From an uncultured Planctomycetaceae bacterium (GTDB taxonomy: Bacteria > Planctomycetota > Planctomycetia > Planctomycetales > Planctomycetaceae): a stretch of DNA of 64,000 nt. Below, piece after piece: positions 46,420-57,503 of the stretch (its first letter is position 1; every line of letters starts with the position of its first letter). Position numbers and translations under genes: made by a program. Below the pieces are notes generated by a model, which was not told the DNA's origin, did not search any database, and saw only the letters and a program-made list of their open reading frames with translations. The DNA lies in NCBI GenBank assembly GCA_963815195.1, contig CAWFGE010000008.1:544001-608000 (forward strand), in the 5' to 3' direction.

Positions 46420-49163
46420 TCGTGCCGGGTCCCAATAGTGAGATCGGCGTCGCGCTGGCCAATCGTCTCGGCCTCGCGCTCGACAAACGGGAGGGTCACG
46501 ACCTCGCCGGGCCGTGCATCGCGTGCCAGTCGAGCGATGCCTTTCGCTTGCACATTCAGTCGGGCGTTGCCCAATGCTATTCTTGCGGCGGCAAGTGGTC
46601 GCCGTTCCAGGTTGCGGAAACCGTGTTGAGCGACCGCGAGCAGGCCAAGGCGCTCCTGATTGATCTCGGCCTCTTTAAACCAAGTCCGGACGGGAACGGG
46701 CAGACGACACCTCCTGACCCGATCGCGGAAATCGCGCGGCAAAAGGGTGTGACCGCTGAATCGTTTCGAGTGTTCGGCGCGAAAGTCTTTACCCCGGTCT
46801 CGATTCGATTGCCCTGTTACGGACCCGATGGAAAGGAATGCTCTCATCTGACCCTCAATTCGAAGGGCGGAAAAGGCATGTTCGCTTCGGGCAAAAAGGC
46901 GGGGCTGTTTTTCCCTCACGTCGAGGGCGAGGTGCGGTTGCCGCAGGCTGGTGAGACTTGGCACTTGGTCGAAGGGCCCAAGGATGCGGCGGCGCTCCAT
47001 GACCTTGGATTCCTTGCCTGCGGCCTGAACACCTGCCGGTTGGCGGCGAAGTTCGCCCGGTTGTTTGCGGGCGTTGAGATCGTAATGGTGCCCGATCGTG
47101 ATCGGGCTGGCGAAGACGGTGCTCAGTTCAGCGCCCGCGTCCTCCGTGGAATTGCCGAATCGGTGCGGATCGTCGTGCTCCCCGCGGAGTTCAAAGAGTC
47201 TGAAGGTGAAGATGTCCGGGACATCCTGCGTCGCCAAGGCGGCCGTGACCAATTGATGCAGGCGATCGAAGACGCGAGGTTTCCCGAGGGTTGGGAATCG
47301 ACGGAAGGAGATTCTGCTTCGCCGGCGGTTGCGAGCGCCGAGGTTCCTCTGCTGGAAGGCGAACCGCTGATCCTTGAGGTTTCACCCAAAGGTCGCGAGC
47401 CGCAACGGATCGTTGTTGCCACGCGAGGCGAAGTCGAGCACCGCGATCGAATTAACACGGACAGCAGTATCTCGCGAGATCGTTTCGTCAAAAAACTGGC
47501 CGAGAAAATCGGCGTCGAACGTGATGTTTTGGCTCCGCTGGTCGATCCGCATCTTACAAAACTGGCTGTCGAAATTGACGAATCCGCGGCCGGCGGGCTG
47601 GGCGACGATGGGGAGATGCAGAGCCAAGCCACGCTCGCGGCGAACATGGCGATGGAGTGGGATCTGTTTCACACGCCCGCGAAGGACGCCTATGCAACGA
47701 TTCCAATTGGCGATCATCAGGAAACCTGGCCTGTCCGGTCGCAAACATTTAAACGCTACATCGCCAAACGTTTTTTCGATGAGGAAGGCAAGGCCATGAA
47801 CTCCGAGGCACAATCGTCCGCAATCAATCTGATCGAAGCAAAGGCTCTTTTCGAGGGCGAAACGCACAAGGTCCACGTCCGCGTCGCGGAGCACGATGGG
47901 AGCATCTACCTCGATCTCTGCAACGAAACGTGGCAGGTTTTCGAGATCACCGCGAAGGGATGGCAGGTCGTTGACGAATCACCGGTTCGTTTCCGGCGAT
48001 CAAAGGGCATGTTGCCGTTACCGCTTCCTGAGCCAGGCGGGACGATTGATCAGCTTCGGGGATTTCTGAACGTCGATGATGACACCTGGCGGCTGATCGT
48101 GGCTTGGCTCGTGGCGACCTTGCGTCCACGGGGCCCGTACCCGGCGCTGGCACTCTTTGCCGAACAGGGGTCGGGCAAAAGCACGTCGGGCCGGTTGCTG
48201 CGGGAACTTGTTGATCCGAACGCGGCTCCGCTGCGGGCGGAACCGCACGACGGCCGCGACCTCATGATCGCCGCGAACAATTCCTGGTGCCTGGCGTATG
48301 ACAACCTCTCACATGTTCCGCCCTGGCTTTCCGATGCATTCTGCCGGCTCAGCACCGGCGGCGGATTCGCGACCCGCGAACTCTACACCGATCAAGACGA
48401 AGTGATCTTCGACTCGCAGCGCCCGATCTTGTTAACCAGCATCGAAGAAGTCGCGACGCGATCGGACCTCCTCGACCGCTGCTTGGTCGTTTGGCTGCCG
48501 GCGATTCCCGAGGACCGGCGGCGTCCCGAAGCGGAACTCTACGCAGCGTTTGAGAAGGCCCGACCTTTGATCATTGGCGCACTGCTGGACGCCGTGGCGG
48601 TCGCGCTTCGGCAACTCCCGACCATCAAACTTTCGAGTCTGCCCCGCATGGCGGATTTCGCTCTTTGGGCCACGGCCGCCGAGACGGCGTTCGGCTGGAA
48701 TCGAGGCGAGTTCCTCGCGGCTTACGAAGGAAATCGTCAGTCGGCCAATGACGTAGCTCTTGAAGCTTCGTCCGTCGCCCGCCCGCTGCTCGAACTGCTC
48801 GACGAGAAGGGCTCCTGGTCGGGCACCGCCAGCGAACTGCTCACCGAGTTGGAGGATCGGGTGACCGACCAACTAAAACGCCAAAAGATTTGGCCGTCGA
48901 ATGGCCGGTCGATGTCGGGACATTTGAAACGCCTTGCTCCGAATCTTCGGGCCTCGGGATGGCAGGTTTCATTCCACCGCGAGGCCCGGCAGCGATTGGT
49001 GGTGATCGAGCGGTCGGAGGTCTCTGCGTCATCGCCGGAGTTACCGTCATCGCCTGATGACGATGACCCGGTGCAGAGTGATGCAAAACCCGGCGATCTG
49101 TTTCCAAATGACGCGAGTGACGTATATGACGCATTTCGCGGTCCATACGATCCACGGTGGTAA
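46413..49163 (+). CDS. Zn-finger + TOPRIM primase fused to a P-loop helicase-like domain (replication protein)
   Basis: CIAC...CYSC, TOPRIM LVEGPKD...PDRDRAG...GEDVRD, Walker A AEQGSGKST, YDN, SDLLDR, PRMADF; start overlaps the AlpA stop. Confidence 0.85.
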   Translation: MLIVPGPNSEIGVALANRLGLALDKREGHDLAGPCIACQSSDAFRLHIQSGVAQCYSCGGKWSPFQVAETVLSDREQAKALLIDLGLFKPSPDGNGQTTPPDPIAEIARQKGVTAESFRVFGAKVFTPVSIRLPCYGPDGKECSHLTLNSKGGKGMFASGKKAGLFFPHVEGEVRLPQAGETWHLVEGPKDAAALHDLGFLACGLNTCRLAAKFARLFAGVEIVMVPDRDRAGEDGAQFSARVLRGIAESVRIVVLPAEFKESEGEDVRDILRRQGGRDQLMQAIEDARFPEGWESTEGDSASPAVASAEVPLLEGEPLILEVSPKGREPQRIVVATRGEVEHRDRINTDSSISRDRFVKKLAEKIGVERDVLAPLVDPHLTKLAVEIDESAAGGLGDDGEMQSQATLAANMAMEWDLFHTPAKDAYATIPIGDHQETWPVRSQTFKRYIAKRFFDEEGKAMNSEAQSSAINLIEAKALFEGETHKVHVRVAEHDGSIYLDLCNETWQVFEITAKGWQVVDESPVRFRRSKGMLPLPLPEPGGTIDQLRGFLNVDDDTWRLIVAWLVATLRPRGPYPALALFAEQGSGKSTSGRLLRELVDPNAAPLRAEPHDGRDLMIAANNSWCLAYDNLSHVPPWLSDAFCRLSTGGGFATRELYTDQDEVIFDSQRPILLTSIEEVATRSDLLDRCLVVWLPAIPEDRRRPEAELYAAFEKARPLIIGALLDAVAVALRQLPTIKLSSLPRMADFALWATAAETAFGWNRGEFLAAYEGNRQSANDVALEASSVARPLLELLDEKGSWSGTASELLTELEDRVTDQLKRQKIWPSNGRSMSGHLKRLAPNLRASGWQVSFHREARQRLVVIERSEVSASSPELPSSPDDDDPVQSDAKPGDLFPNDASDVYDAFRGPYDPRW

Positions 49164-49251
49164 TTGAACATCGCTTGAGGTCCTTGCGGAAACGAGCAAA
49201 CTGTAAACAAACACCTCGAATCCACTCATTCTGAATTGGGAGAACGACGAA

Positions 49252-50865
<1,614 letters not shown>

Positions 50866-51281
50866 AAGAATTGCCTGTCCTAAGTTATTATTTTAAAATG
50901 GGTTGTGTCGTTGTTTTTTGAAGCCTGTCCAGTTTGAAACCATTCCTTCCAGTCTTGGGGCTTCTCGCGAATTGCCGTGTGGCCCCAGAACCAGCCCTCT
51001 TCATTGGGTCAACGTCCGTGTGACTTTGACACAAAGATATGCTTTGATGGGGCTTTTCTCCTTACGGACAGTTCGCTGACAATGATAGCGGGGGGCGGAC
51101 TGACTGACAAGCCCGGGGAGAGGCACCCGGAGCCCCGAGGATCCCGTCCAACTTTCCAGAAGGAGCTGGGTTCCTTCTCGGCGCGTGAAGGCATGCAGAG
51201 AGAGCCCGGACCGCGCAAAAGGTGCGTAACAATGCCGGACAAAAGCGAACCGATCGGTTCGGAAAGTCGGCATGGGAACGG

Positions 51282-51315
51282 AAAAAGAACCGGGCGGTTG
51301 GGACGCCCGGTTCTT
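51282..51315 (-). terminator. Intrinsic terminator of the RRM gene
   Basis: AAGAACCGGGCG / CGCCCGGTTCTT stem with a T-run on the minus strand, just after the stop. Confidence 0.75.
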
Positions 51316-51331
51316 GGCTTAAATCGAGGTT

Positions 51332-51616
51332 TTAGTAGCGGTTGCGTCGTCCGCCGCCACCGCCGGAACGTTGTTCCCGCGGCCGGGCTTCGTTCACGGT
51401 CAGCGCCCGGCCGTCGTGATCTTTGCCGTTGAGGGCACTGATAGCGGCGTCGCCGCCGCTGCTCATTTCGACAAACCCGAAGCCGCGCGAGCGGCCGGTG
51501 TCACGGTCCATCACGACCGAAGCGGAGCTGACGTCGCCGTAGGGCTCGAACATCTCGCGCAAATCGTCCGAGGTGACCTGGAACGAAAGATTGCCAACAT
51601 ACAGATTCTTACTCAT
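51332..51616 (-). CDS. RRM-domain RNA-binding protein
   Basis: RNP2 LYVGNL, RNP1 RGFGFVEM, LTVNEARPR, Gly-rich tail. Confidence 0.93.
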   Translation of the reverse strand: MSKNLYVGNLSFQVTSDDLREMFEPYGDVSSASVVMDRDTGRSRGFGFVEMSSGGDAAISALNGKDHDGRALTVNEARPREQRSGGGGGRRNRY

Positions 51617-52246
51617 CGTCATCCTTTGCGAACCGAAGCGGTTCTTCAAAATAGAAATCTCACAACCACAGGCGTGGTTGACCCGGTCGAAGCGAACTCA
51701 GCTCAAGAAAGTCGGCAAGAATTGGGGGATCGGCTTCCCAACAGCCTCACGTTCGAAGCCCAAAACAGGCCGACGAACCTTGGCTCTCGAACAATGCCAA
51801 CTGAGATCTGAAACGCCGTGAGAACAAAGGACTCAGAGCAGAAGATCCTCATGGATCAGTCGAGCAGTGGGGCACTTGGGCGTGCTCTCTTCATCTCCGC
51901 CGGCTCACACGCCAGAGCGGATGTCCAATTATAACCGCCAAAAAAATCCCAGCTAGAGCAGAAGCCCAGTTTCCGGAGAGTTTCCCAAAGAAAAATCCCA
52001 GGCGGTCCAGGGGTCATCTCGGGCAGAACAATGCAAATGTGCTCCGCCTCAATTGTTGTCCGGCAGCGCGGATTTGGCATCGACTCCCCAGTCTTCGATG
52101 GTGAACACCCTTGTGTAGGTCTCCCTGGGATTCGCTCGGCCGTCTTCCAGCGTCCGTAGCGAGATGCGCGCCGCCGCGAGTCCCAGCGGGACGTCGGGAT
52201 GGCGCCAGACGGTATAGTCCATGACGAGCTTCACCTCGTGCGCGTC

Positions 52247-52439
52247 TTCGATGCGGGAACCCTCCAAGGCGAAACGGCGTTGGTTTTCGATCACGCTGCT
52301 GCCGATGCGCACTTCGGGGCCAGCGTGTTTTGGGTCCGCCGATTAGCCGCTTTTGGAGGTGAACAAGCTATGATAGAATACTGGCAGGTGAAACGCGGCG
52401 GCGGGAAGCGCGGAATTGTCGAAATCGTTGAGGAAACCA
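52247..52439 (+). pseudogene. Probable 5'-truncated gene fragment, reminiscent of the C-terminus of DUF6932/nucleotidyltransferase-like proteins
   Basis: FDAGTLQGETALVFDHAAADAHFGASVFWVRR...YWQVKRGGGKRGIVEI; no credible start; family assignment from recollection only. Confidence 0.4.
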
Positions 52440-52643
52440 ATGATTCAAACCGACCAGGAATTCCAAGCGGCGTTGGCACGCATTCGGCACCTCCAAATGC
52501 AGCTGGCGCATCGGCGAAAGACGGAAACGAATCCAACGAATTGTCGGCCGTCCGCTTCCGGCTTCCTTGCAGAAATCGACCGCATGCAATTGGAGGTTCG
52601 GGAATATCTGAGTTGGCTTCCCACGCGAACGGCCTCCACCTGA
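52440..52643 (+). CDS. Small helical hypothetical protein
   Basis: GAGG RBS; MIQTDQEFQAALARI...GFLAEIDRMQLEVREYL. Confidence 0.6.
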   Translation: MIQTDQEFQAALARIRHLQMQLAHRRKTETNPTNCRPSASGFLAEIDRMQLEVREYLSWLPTRTAST

Positions 52644-52754
52644 GAGTTCCTCACCGGCCGCGGATGCGGCCGAAGCGGCAATGTGGCTGAGGTCGGTCTG
52701 CCTCAAGGGGCACTGAATTTCAAGGCGACGTCAGCGCGGATGGAGGTTGACCTT

Positions 52755-53090
52755 ATGAAGATTCTCTGGATCATCTATCCTTTTTGCTCGATCTTCATTC
52801 TGGTGGGGGCCGGAGTCTCGTTTTGGACGCTTCGCGGGATCTTGAAGGCGCGGGCCATCACACATTGGCCCACCGTCGAGGCCACGGTGACCACAATCGC
52901 CGACCGCGCCCCGGGCAATTATATCGATCCGAACGAGGCGATCGCGGCGGCGGTGCGGCTGGACATGCTCGGCGACTGGGAGGCGGCGATTGCCCTGTTT
53001 GAAACCGCTGCCCAGAATTGGCCCGAGCATCAGCGCTCCATTGAACGCTGCATCCGATACATCCATCAGAAACAGGCCCTTGCCCGATAG
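52755..53090 (+). CDS. Hypothetical membrane protein
   Basis: GGAGG RBS, N-terminal TM, WPTVEATVT, TPR-like helix pair. Confidence 0.55.
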   Translation: MKILWIIYPFCSIFILVGAGVSFWTLRGILKARAITHWPTVEATVTTIADRAPGNYIDPNEAIAAAVRLDMLGDWEAAIALFETAAQNWPEHQRSIERCIRYIHQKQALAR

Positions 53091-53129
53091 CGGTTTCTGC
53101 AATCTCTCCAAGAGCAAAGGACGGGAGCC

Positions 53130-53669
53130 ATGGCGTTCGACGACCCCGAACTCAAACGGCGGCAAGGAGTGGAAGACGATCTGGCTCGCCTCTCGGCGGC
53201 GGAGGAGCAGCATCACTTTCGGGCCATCGCGAGTTTGCTCGCTGTTTCGTTCGCGATTTATCTCGCGGTGGGGTTTTGGAGCGCGGGAGACGCCGGGGTG
53301 AGCGCGGCGTTCTTTATTATTGCGATTCGATTGAGCATCCTCGTTCCCATCGGGCTTTTGAGCTGTTTCGTGGGCGCGAGGATTCTGAAAACCTCGTTCG
53401 GCACGCTCGGCTCGGCCGCGCTCAAATTGGCCACTCTGTTTGTTGTCTCGGATGCGGTCGCTTCGTTCGCCGGTTTGTTTTCCGAGGACACTGTTTTCAC
53501 CGTTTTGATTTATGTGCTCACGCTCCTCGTCTCTCTGTGGCTGCTCGCCTGGCTGTTTCACCTGGAACCGCTCGAAGTCTTCTACTTCGCCCTGATTCTC
53601 CTGGTTGTCCGCTGGGGAACGTTGTCGCTAGCAAACCAGGTATTCGATTGGTTGAAACTCGTGGGATAG
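53130..53669 (+). CDS. Hypothetical multi-pass membrane protein
   Basis: GGAG RBS; about five hydrophobic segments. Confidence 0.7.
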   Translation: MAFDDPELKRRQGVEDDLARLSAAEEQHHFRAIASLLAVSFAIYLAVGFWSAGDAGVSAAFFIIAIRLSILVPIGLLSCFVGARILKTSFGTLGSAALKLATLFVVSDAVASFAGLFSEDTVFTVLIYVLTLLVSLWLLAWLFHLEPLEVFYFALILLVVRWGTLSLANQVFDWLKLVG

Positions 53670-54045
53670 ACGAGTCGCGACGCGCAGGTGATTGCCGGAG
53701 GTTCGGCGAAGTCCAACTTGGCGGGAGGTGTCCGGTGCCCTGCGACATAATCGCCGATGGGCGGGCCGCGGAATTCGCGCTGCAATTGTTCTGCCCGGAA
53801 AAGTCGCTCCGTTCCGTCACGACCGCCATAATCCGCCGGCTCTTTGCCAAGTTCCCTGCTTGCCCGGCTTGCGTTCCAGCTTGTTTCCGCCGTTAGCCGA
53901 TAACACTTTCAGGTCGTGCCCTCCGTGTCGAACGCTTCCGTCGCCCGCGTGGTTCCGCCGCCCGGCGACCCGACCGCAACATCCTTCCCACGCTGCTTGA
54001 TTCGGTCCCCTCATGTGACCCCAGACCCCAAGGCCTCGTGATTCT

Positions 54046-54885
54046 ATGCAAAAAACGTCGCGACGACGCTCTTCGTCCGCCGTCCAATCTCCGCTCGAAA
54101 CCTACCTGCGGGAGATCAACGAGACGGCACTGCTCACTGCCAGGGAAGAGAAGGAACTCTCCAATCGGATTGCCCAAGGAGACAACGCCGCCCGCGACCA
54201 GATGGTCCGCGCCAACTTGCGATTGGTCGTGAATATCGCCCGGGCCTACACCGGCAAAGGCCTGCCGCTGCCGGACTTGATCGAAGAAGGGAACCTGGGG
54301 CTGTTGCGGGCGGTCGAGGGCTTCGATCCCACGATGAATACCCGCTTTAGCACGTATGCCAGTTATTGGATCAAGCAGTCCATCAAGCGGGCCTTGGTGA
54401 ACTCGGCGAAGACGATTCGCATCCCCGCCTACATGGTGGAACTGCTCTCCAAATGGCGGCGGGCGACGGCGAAGCTGCAGGATGCGCTCAACCGCACGCC
54501 TACGCCGGAAGAAGTCGCCGCCGAATTGGGCCTGCCCAAGAAAAAGCTCAAGATCGTCAAAAAGGCGATCCAGCTTTATAACTCGACCCCGCAGTCCGAC
54601 CAGTCGGACAGCGGCTGGTCGCTGGGGGAAATGATCGCCGACGACCGGGCCAAGGGACCGGAAGCGGAGATGATCGAGATCGACAACATCAAGCACGTTT
54701 ACGACATGCTGGAGGAGATGGAGCCGCGGGAAGCGACCATCCTCCGCATGCGGTTCGGCCTGGACGATTCGGAACCGCGCACGCTCAAGGAAATCGGCGA
54801 GACGCTGGGCCTGACCCGCGAACGCGTCCGCCAGATTGAAAACGAAGCCCTCAACCGCCTCGCCCGCGGCCTGACGGGCGACTAA
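54046..54885 (+). CDS. Sigma70-family factor, RpoD/RpoS-like, lacking region 1.1
   Basis: YLREI, ANLRLVVNIA, DLIEEGNLGL, RFSTYASYWIKQ, TIRIP, TLKEIG..LGLTRERVRQIE. Confidence 0.93.
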   Translation: MQKTSRRRSSSAVQSPLETYLREINETALLTAREEKELSNRIAQGDNAARDQMVRANLRLVVNIARAYTGKGLPLPDLIEEGNLGLLRAVEGFDPTMNTRFSTYASYWIKQSIKRALVNSAKTIRIPAYMVELLSKWRRATAKLQDALNRTPTPEEVAAELGLPKKKLKIVKKAIQLYNSTPQSDQSDSGWSLGEMIADDRAKGPEAEMIEIDNIKHVYDMLEEMEPREATILRMRFGLDDSEPRTLKEIGETLGLTRERVRQIENEALNRLARGLTGD

Positions 54886-54964
54886 AGTGAGCGGCCGGCG
54901 CTCGCCGCGGCCGGTCTTGATTTCGGTGGTCTGCGTTCATCAAAACCCGAGGCGAGCCTTCGGC

Positions 54965-56521
54965 TTACTGTGTTGGCTTGTCCTTGGGCGCGGGCTGCTC
55001 GCGGAACACGAACATCAGCCGGATTGGACTTGCGTTCGGCTTCCGCTCGGCTTCCGCTTTGCCGATTTCCGCCAGGGGGGCCGTTTCGGTTCGCTTCCGT
55101 CCGCCGGCGTTCGAATCGGGCTTCGGGGAAGCGGGGGCATTGGGCTTCGCCTGCTTCCGGGCCAACCAATCATCGGCCGGCGTCTGCACCATCAACTGAA
55201 AGGATTCCGTTCCCGCGTTGTTTCCCGCCGCCTGATCCTGGTTCTCGGGAACGTGAAGTTTTGAGAGATCGAGCGCGGCGATGGAGGGCTGCGGCTGGGC
55301 GCGATCGGGCTCCGGTTTGTCCCGCGGCGCGGATTTTTCGCCTGGAGCCTTGGGCGGTGCCATTTTCTTGGGAAGCGACTCGGCGGCGTCTTTTCGAGAT
55401 TCGTAACTCTGCACCGACTGGGCCAGCGTTTGCGGGGATTTGCCGGCAAACCGCACAGCCCGGCGGTTCCCCAGGCTCGGAATCAGCACCGGAATCTCGT
55501 TCATCGCCAGCGTGGTCTTGGCTTCCAGCCCGGAAATTGCATGTTCCCGCCGGAGCATCGCCAGCGTGGAACTCAACTGGTCGCTGGTGGATTGCACGTA
55601 GAGTCCGTAATTCGAACCGGCTTTGACGATCGCTCCATCACCCAAGGCCAAGGGCGGGGCCGCGTTCAATTGGAAGTTTCCCGGCGGGACGGCGTGTTGA
55701 GCAAACAGGACTTGCAGTTGACCCAGCGTTTTTTGCACATCGACAACCGTGACTTCCACAATCACCACCCGCCCATCCTGCCGCTGGGCCAATTCCAGAA
55801 TCTGCCCGACTTGGGGATCGGCCCGCATGGGTGGGCCGACAAACCCGCCGGAGCCTCCAAATCCCCCGCCGGCGGCTCCAAAACTTGCACCGGCCATGCT
55901 GGGAGTGAATTCGGGCGCGATCCCCTTTCCGGGTGTTTCGGCCGGTTTGGGGAGCGGTGGCGGCGAAGCGAGCTTGTTCGCGGCCGCGGATTGCCGCCCC
56001 GCCAGCAAGTCGCCTTCGGAGCCCAGGTGCACCGGCTGTTTGGTCCGCGGTTCGGTTTGCTGTTTTAAGACCGGAAACGTTTCGGCGTCCCTTGGCGGGA
56101 ACTCCGCGGGAGATTGGGACTTCGCCGCCAGGCTCGGATTGGAGTCCCCCGGTTGCGGTCGATTCCACCACGAAGGAACCCACACAGTCAACAGCACCAC
56201 AGCCACCGCGGCCGTCGTCAGCATTTGCAGCACAACCCCCGTCCTCACAGATATTCCCCAAGAGCGTTTCGAGGCTGGCTCCGCCAACGGCGCGGCCGGT
56301 TGCTCGGCGGCCAATCGGTTTTGCACGGCGGCCTTTAAGCCGGCGGGGGCGGGCTCGGCGGGGAGTTGGCGGAGGATGTCCGACAACCGCCGAATCTCCG
56401 CCAATTCGCGGCGGGCTGCGGGCGATTCCGAGATCCGGTGGGCGGTCTCTTCGCGCTCCGATGGGGAAACCTCCTCATCGAAATACGCGGAGAGGGCCTC
56501 GGTGGGCTGGGGCTGGTTCAT
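54965..56521 (-). CDS. Putative anti-sigma factor (N-terminal anti-sigma domain, TM, low-complexity C-terminus)
   Basis: EALSAYFDEEVSPSERE..AHRISESP (zf-HC2-like but without Cys), one TM helix; directly after the ECF sigma. Confidence 0.7.
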   Translation of the reverse strand: MNQPQPTEALSAYFDEEVSPSEREETAHRISESPAARRELAEIRRLSDILRQLPAEPAPAGLKAAVQNRLAAEQPAAPLAEPASKRSWGISVRTGVVLQMLTTAAVAVVLLTVWVPSWWNRPQPGDSNPSLAAKSQSPAEFPPRDAETFPVLKQQTEPRTKQPVHLGSEGDLLAGRQSAAANKLASPPPLPKPAETPGKGIAPEFTPSMAGASFGAAGGGFGGSGGFVGPPMRADPQVGQILELAQRQDGRVVIVEVTVVDVQKTLGQLQVLFAQHAVPPGNFQLNAAPPLALGDGAIVKAGSNYGLYVQSTSDQLSSTLAMLRREHAISGLEAKTTLAMNEIPVLIPSLGNRRAVRFAGKSPQTLAQSVQSYESRKDAAESLPKKMAPPKAPGEKSAPRDKPEPDRAQPQPSIAALDLSKLHVPENQDQAAGNNAGTESFQLMVQTPADDWLARKQAKPNAPASPKPDSNAGGRKRTETAPLAEIGKAEAERKPNASPIRLMFVFREQPAPKDKPTQ

Positions 56522-56568
56522 GGCAAGGGAAGGACTTTTCTGGCATCAACGTTCTTGGCGGCCGGGGT

Positions 56569-57264
56569 TCAAGGCAAATCGTCCTTGAACAGCACGGCCA
56601 GTCTTTCGCGGAGTTCGCTCCGCGCGCGGTGGATTCGGCTGCGGACCGTCCCGATGGGGCAGCCCACGATTTCTGCAATCTCCTCGTATCTCAAATCTTC
56701 CATTTCCTTAAGCACGAGCACGGTGCGGTATTCTTCCGACAATTCCGCGAGGGCCGCGCGGACCAACGCCTGCCGTTCCGACACCTCCATCGAATGCGAA
56801 GGCTGAGAGAACGGATGACCGTCGACGGGTTCGTGCCCGGAGTTTTCGCGGGCGGCATCGAGGGAAGCAGACATCCGGCGGTCGCGTCGTTTGCGGCTGA
56901 CGGCGGCATTCATCGCGATGCGAAACAACCACGAATAAAACGCCGATTCGCCGCGAAAAGTGGACAATTTCGCAAACGCATGAACAAAAGCGTCCTGGGC
57001 GACGTCCTGGGCCTGGTCCGCCGCCCCCGTGACGTACAACAACGTGTGAAACAACCGATCTTGATAACGCACCACCAACTCGCCGAAGGCTTCGCTCCGG
57101 CCAGACAGACACTCCTCGATGAGTTGTAGGTCGTCATTATTCACGGCATTTGAGGCTAAGACGCTCGAATCGGAGGCGGAGTTCCCGGTTTTCGGGGGAT
57201 TTTCACGGATCGACCCCGCGGTCGGCTCGATTTCCTGATTGGTGGCGGCGGAGTGGTTGACCAT
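56569..57264 (-). CDS. ECF sigma factor
   Basis: AFGELVVRYQ, AQDVAQDAF, FRGESAFYSWLFRIAMN, YEEIAEIVGCPIGTVRSRIHRAR. Confidence 0.93.
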   Translation of the reverse strand: MVNHSAATNQEIEPTAGSIRENPPKTGNSASDSSVLASNAVNNDDLQLIEECLSGRSEAFGELVVRYQDRLFHTLLYVTGAADQAQDVAQDAFVHAFAKLSTFRGESAFYSWLFRIAMNAAVSRKRRDRRMSASLDAARENSGHEPVDGHPFSQPSHSMEVSERQALVRAALAELSEEYRTVLVLKEMEDLRYEEIAEIVGCPIGTVRSRIHRARSELRERLAVLFKDDLP

Positions 57265-57503
57265 GATCGCGGATCGGCAGCGAAAAGGAAGGGATTCGGT
57301 CTGTTGTCGATCAAGACGCCCGACCCCGGCCGATCCCAACGGAAAATCGCGGGAAAAACCGGTTTGGAAAGAAACGCGGCGCTCGATCGGCCTCCTACCC
57401 CTCCATCTTAAGCAATGCGGGACAGAGAGTCACCGGTGCAGTTGAAGAATTCATGTTCTCTTCCCGTAACGGCGGCTTCCAGCCGACGACGCTACGGGCG
57501 GCA

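Noticed and set aside
50900..51280. ncRNA or small gene between tRNA-Arg and the RRM terminator
   Set aside because: The short ORFs lack RBS and motifs, and I recognised no RNA family.
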